Assembly (NCBI RefSeq): GCF_009914755.1
Contig: NC_060929.1
Reading direction: 5' to 3' (one strand)
Length of the DNA stretch: 64,000 nucleotides
Source of the DNA: the human T2T-CHM13v2.0 reference genome, Homo sapiens
How positions within the stretch are numbered: position 1 is the first letter of the stretch; each line of letters opens with the position of its first letter. A model generated the notes under the pieces. It made no database searches and had not been told where the DNA came from. It was given only the letters and a program-made list of their open reading frames with translations. Both the position numbers and the translations under genes were made by a program. Positions 59,391 through 64,000 of this stretch are shown in pieces.

Positions 59391-59869
59391 ATGTGAAATA
59401 TGCTTCCAGGAGCATCCAAGGACAGACTTAGAGTTGGGAAACAGATACCATGAATATGAACTCTAAGGGGAAATCAATGAAAAAAGAGTTCTGTCTCCCT
59501 GTCTTGCATGTGCTATGTGAATAAGGGCAGATTTATACACATAAAAATGATCTTCTTTTCTCCCAGTGATGTTAGCAGCAGAATTTTCTTCCTCTTTAAC
59601 TCCTTATATACAAAAGCTACATCCTAAAGACTTCATATCCCCTTTAAGACGTGAAGGGGTCCAGAATAAGTTTCTATGGCATCAAAATTACTTTGAACTG
59701 AAGGCATTTGAGTTCCTGAAATCCTTCATCTGCCTAAAAGCAGATCTTCTCAAAAGAACTAAAAAGAACTTTATTGTCCATAAGTCCCCTCCCTGGAACC
59801 CTAATCTTCTCTTCTTGGAGAGATATGTCAGCACCACACCCAGACACTGTCAGAAGTTATTACATCTTC

Positions 59870-59896
59870 CTTTCTCTCTCTCTCTCTCTGTTGCTT

Positions 59897-59932
<36 letters not shown>

Positions 59933-59945
59933 CCACACACACACA
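59870..59945. repeat. (CT)n/(CA)n microsatellite
   Basis: Direct reading. Confidence 0.9.
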
Positions 59946-59955
59946 TATATTTTTA

Positions 59956-60153
<198 letters not shown>

Positions 60154-61412
60154 CTAGGAGGGAAAGGAAGATGGGGTGGGGAGAGAAAGACTTACCTTTT
60201 ATGGATATCCTTTTGAATCTTTTTAATTTTGAACCATGTAGCCATTCACAAGGTATATAAATATTAAAGCAAATGTTTAATTCATAGTAATTCCCATAAT
60301 AGAAACAATAAATATAATATTATAATATGTAAGAACACAATGAATATGTTTTGTACATTTAACATACATAAAGCAAGCAACTGCAATTCTGATGAGATTA
60401 AAGCAAAAATACTTCATTACTATGATAACTGAGAATTTCTTCAAAATCATACAGGAGGAGGAGAAATGGTAATTTAAAAAGCCATTGGTAATTGTTGAAG
60501 CTGGTGATGGGAACATAGGGTTCCTTGTACTTTCATAAAGTATATAAGGGTTCTGTCTACTTTTGAAAATAACTAAAATTTTCCATAAGAAAAAGGGTTT
60601 TTTTTAAGTTTCATTAAGAGTCTATAATTAAGTAGTCAGGTTATTTATAGGGCTCTAAAGTAGATCAAATTGATCCCAGGATATGAAGCTTGTGAGGGCA
60701 GAGTAAAGGGGAAAAAAGCACTTCATTATTATTTGGTACAAGAAGCAATGGCTTACAGGCAGCCACAGGATTTAGACTAGGCTGGAGGTGGAGGCCTCAC
60801 TGAGACAGAAGGCAGGTAGCACTGTCAGAAGTAACCGTCTCACATCTTTCTCAACAAAGACCACCATTCCAGTAAAGTTATCAAGCTTCAGCAACAGTAA
60901 ATAAGCCTTTTATTTTTAATTGGATCTTTCTCAGAAATTCCATGTTGATGTTCGCCTCCTGCATATTTTCAAAGACTAAGAAAAAGCTGTAGAATGATTT
61001 TCAATTTATCTCAACAATTTCATATCTTGAACTAATCTAGATATTCTAATATTGTAACTGCCCGACAGATTCTTCCTGCCTGCCACACAAAGACCATGAC
61101 ATTGCAGTAAAGAAAGAGTTTAACTGATGTGAGGTTGGCCACGCCATGCAGGGGAAAGAGTTATTACTCAAATTAGTCTCATGAAAGGCCCATAGGCTAG
61201 GGGATTTTCAAAGATAGTCTCAGGGAATGGGTGGGGTGGCTAGGCAATGGGCGCTTGCTACTGATTGGTTGGCAGTACAATCATCGGGGTGTGTGAAATG
61301 ATTCTCCTGCACTGAATGGCTTCTGGGTGGGGCCACAGGAGAAGTTGGTAGGTCCAGATAGAGTCATCACCGGTGTCAGACATACAAAAAAATCTAAAAA
61401 GGTATCACAAAA

Positions 61413-61697
<285 letters not shown>

Positions 61698-62041
61698 TGT
61701 ATCTCACAAGGTCAATCTTAGGTTCCACAATAGTGATGTTATCTGCAGGAGTAATTGAGGAAGTTGCATATCCTGCGACCTCTGGAATAATTGCTGGCAG
61801 AATTCAGGCTCCTCTATTCTTCTAGGCTCCTGGCCTCTCATTAGCTTTTCAAAGGCAGTTGAGTTTTGGGGAAGGGCTATTATCATTTAAACTATAAACT
61901 AAATGTCTTCCAAAGTCAGCTTGGCTTAAGCCCAGTAATAATTAAGGCAGCTTGAAGGATAAGGACAAGAGGGAGGGTTAGTTAGATCAGATCTCTCCCA
62001 CTGCCATAATTCTCTCACTGACATAATTTTTGCACAGGTGG

Positions 62042-62535
62042 TGTTAGGAATAACGCTCAAAATCCTAAGGAAATTGAACACTCGAACAAAGGATTCTTAG
62101 CAAAGCAATTTTACTTTTGCGCAGAGGGGTGCCTCCTTGGCCGGTTGCCATGAGAACACACCTGAACAAAGGGGTACAAGAGCCTTTATTCCCAACGCAA
62201 GTCCTGCCCTTGTACCCTTTCCCCATTGGCCGGGGGTGGGTCATACAATCTAAACTAATGCCAGCTGGCTAAACATTTGATGTTTTTAGATAGGGTGGGC
62301 ACATAAAAGAAAGTGGAGGGAAAGGGGAAGGGGTATCTGTAATGAGCCAGAAAGTTACTCCTCTTTCCAAATAAGGAAAGGAATGTGAGCTGGTACTGAT
62401 AACGCTTGGTACTGTCATGTGCCTGGGCATTTAACAAAGGCAAGAAGGAAAAAAGGAGAAAAATGGGGGATACTATGAATTAAAGAATAAAAGATTGATC
62501 AGATTATTTGAAGAGAAACCTCATCATATCCCACA
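62042..62535 (-). mobile_element. LTR10 (LTR10C-like) solo LTR
   Basis: Minus strand starts TGTGGGATATGATGAGGTTTCTCTTCAAATAATCTGATC; 4-bp TSD GTGG (62038-62041, 62536-62539). Confidence 0.78.
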
Positions 62536-63019
62536 GTGGTTTCAAAAATTTTAAAGAATATGACATAAAAATACTATTTCTATTTTAAATTCAAGGTGCT
62601 CAAGAGTTCAACACATCCATTTCCTATGACCAACTCACTCAGTTTCTCATTATGTTGCAGTTGGATTTCTGAGATACCAGGATGAACCAGGTGAGCCTAT
62701 GCAAAGCTTATTTGACACTGATACTTCCAGGACCCAGCACCTCTTATTAGCATAGTTGAAGCAACAGAGAGGACTTCAGATGTTGCCGCTAAGTTTTTAA
62801 AATTATCTTTCATTGCTTATTGCTCTCTAAATTGTGGTTCCTTTAAAAATATAGCATTTTCAGATATAGCATTTCCTCTGGAAAGAATTAGGCATATTCC
62901 ACCATTTCATTCCCATGCAAAAGGTTAAAACCAAGTATAGGCCCAGTTAGAGAGGGGAGGTTAGATAAATGTGTATTGGATGTTTTGTTCTTCTGTTACT
63001 TCCCCCTTTTACGTGTTTA

Positions 63020-63210
63020 AGATGAAAGAGCACTGGCTTGGGTTCTGCAGACCTCATTTCAAGCCCTGGCTTCTGTGACTCCATATTTCTGTGCTTTGAA
63101 ATGTTGAGTAATGAACTGGCTTTCTATTTCCTTATCAATAAAATGGGGATAAAAGATCTATCCCACTAACTTTATACAGGTCTTGGAAATAAAAATAAAA
63201 ACTCTTGCAA
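63020..63210 (+). mobile_element. MIR SINE
   Basis: 'gaaagagcactggcttggg...cagacct...tttccttatcaataaaatggggat'. Confidence 0.6.
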
Positions 63211-64000
63211 AATGATCATGTGTTACATGCTGCCACATGCTGGTTCCATGCTGCTTAGGAGATACTTGGTGCCTCCTTCACCTTCTACACCTACTCCTTC
63301 TACACCTACTTCCTTCATACCTTTCTCCCCCATTCAGATTTTCCTCACTTTTCTCACCTCTCAAACCACTGAGCACAGACCAGCCTCCATCTTCAGGCTA
63401 TGCTAAAACTGTCCAGGCCAAGGTCACCAGTGACTTCTATGCTGTATCAATCTATTGGACATTTTCAGTCATTATCTTTTTAGACATCTCAACATAACTG
63501 ACCTCTTTCATTAAAGTCTCTTCGTTACGGTCTGCTCTTCATGCTCCCTGTTTTTTTTACCAGCCTTTCTGGCAGCTTCTTCTCAACCCTCTTTGCTGGC
63601 TTCTCTGTCTGTTAATTTATATGTTTTTAAGTTTCCCAAATGTTCTGTTTAAAAAAGAAATTAGTAGAGATATAAAGTTGTTTTTTTATGTAACCTTCCT
63701 TCATGCAGAAGAAGGTTCCTTTTTTTGTTTAACAGAGAAAATTCACAAGTATTTTATACTTTTTAAAAAAACAAAAATGTACATTTAAATATTACTTCCA
63801 AGACAACACATTATTATGCAAAACTAATGAGATTTGCAGAGATTCTAGAGGTTAAAGATTATTTTCATAGGACTTAACAATATGTGAAGTCCTAGTGTGT
63901 CTTACAAGAAGTTATGATGTAAAATAGAATCTGCTTTTCTGTAGCTACAAGAAAAGGTGGGAAATTTTCTACTTGTGTCACTAACATTTCTTGCACCAGC

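Noticed and set aside
62408-62435. p53 response element, which some LTR10 subfamilies carry
   Set aside because: Reads tcatgtgcct-gggcatttaa; neither half-site fits RRRCWWGYYY, so it is probably non-functional

Overview
Human genomic DNA (an AluYb8-type insertion points to Homo sapiens): AT-rich, repeat-dense, and intergenic or deep intronic. I recognise no host protein-coding exon, tRNA, rRNA or snRNA gene. Nearly all listed ORFs are Alu, L1 or LTR read-throughs or chance ORFs. The main feature is a ~6.8 kb minus-strand two-LTR provirus (43976-50788) of LTR2B/Harlequin (HERV-E-related recombinant) type. It has a GTAC target-site duplication (TSD), a perfect tRNA-Glu primer-binding site, a polypurine tract, pol and env remnants, a still-open env TM reading frame, a duplicated leader splice donor and a young AluYb8 in its 5' LTR. 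Other elements are an ERV1 solo-LTR cluster at 3.7-7.1 kb (including a MER41B-like LTR with two intact GAS motifs), a nested LTR complex at 61-62.5 kb, about 25 Alus, L1/L2/MIR fragments, MaLR/MLT2 LTRs and DNA transposons (MER53, MER1A, MER20). I found no convincing new biological system; the findings are mostly candidate transposon-derived regulatory or structural features. Repeat subfamily names come from my recall of consensus sequences and need RepeatMasker/Dfam confirmation.
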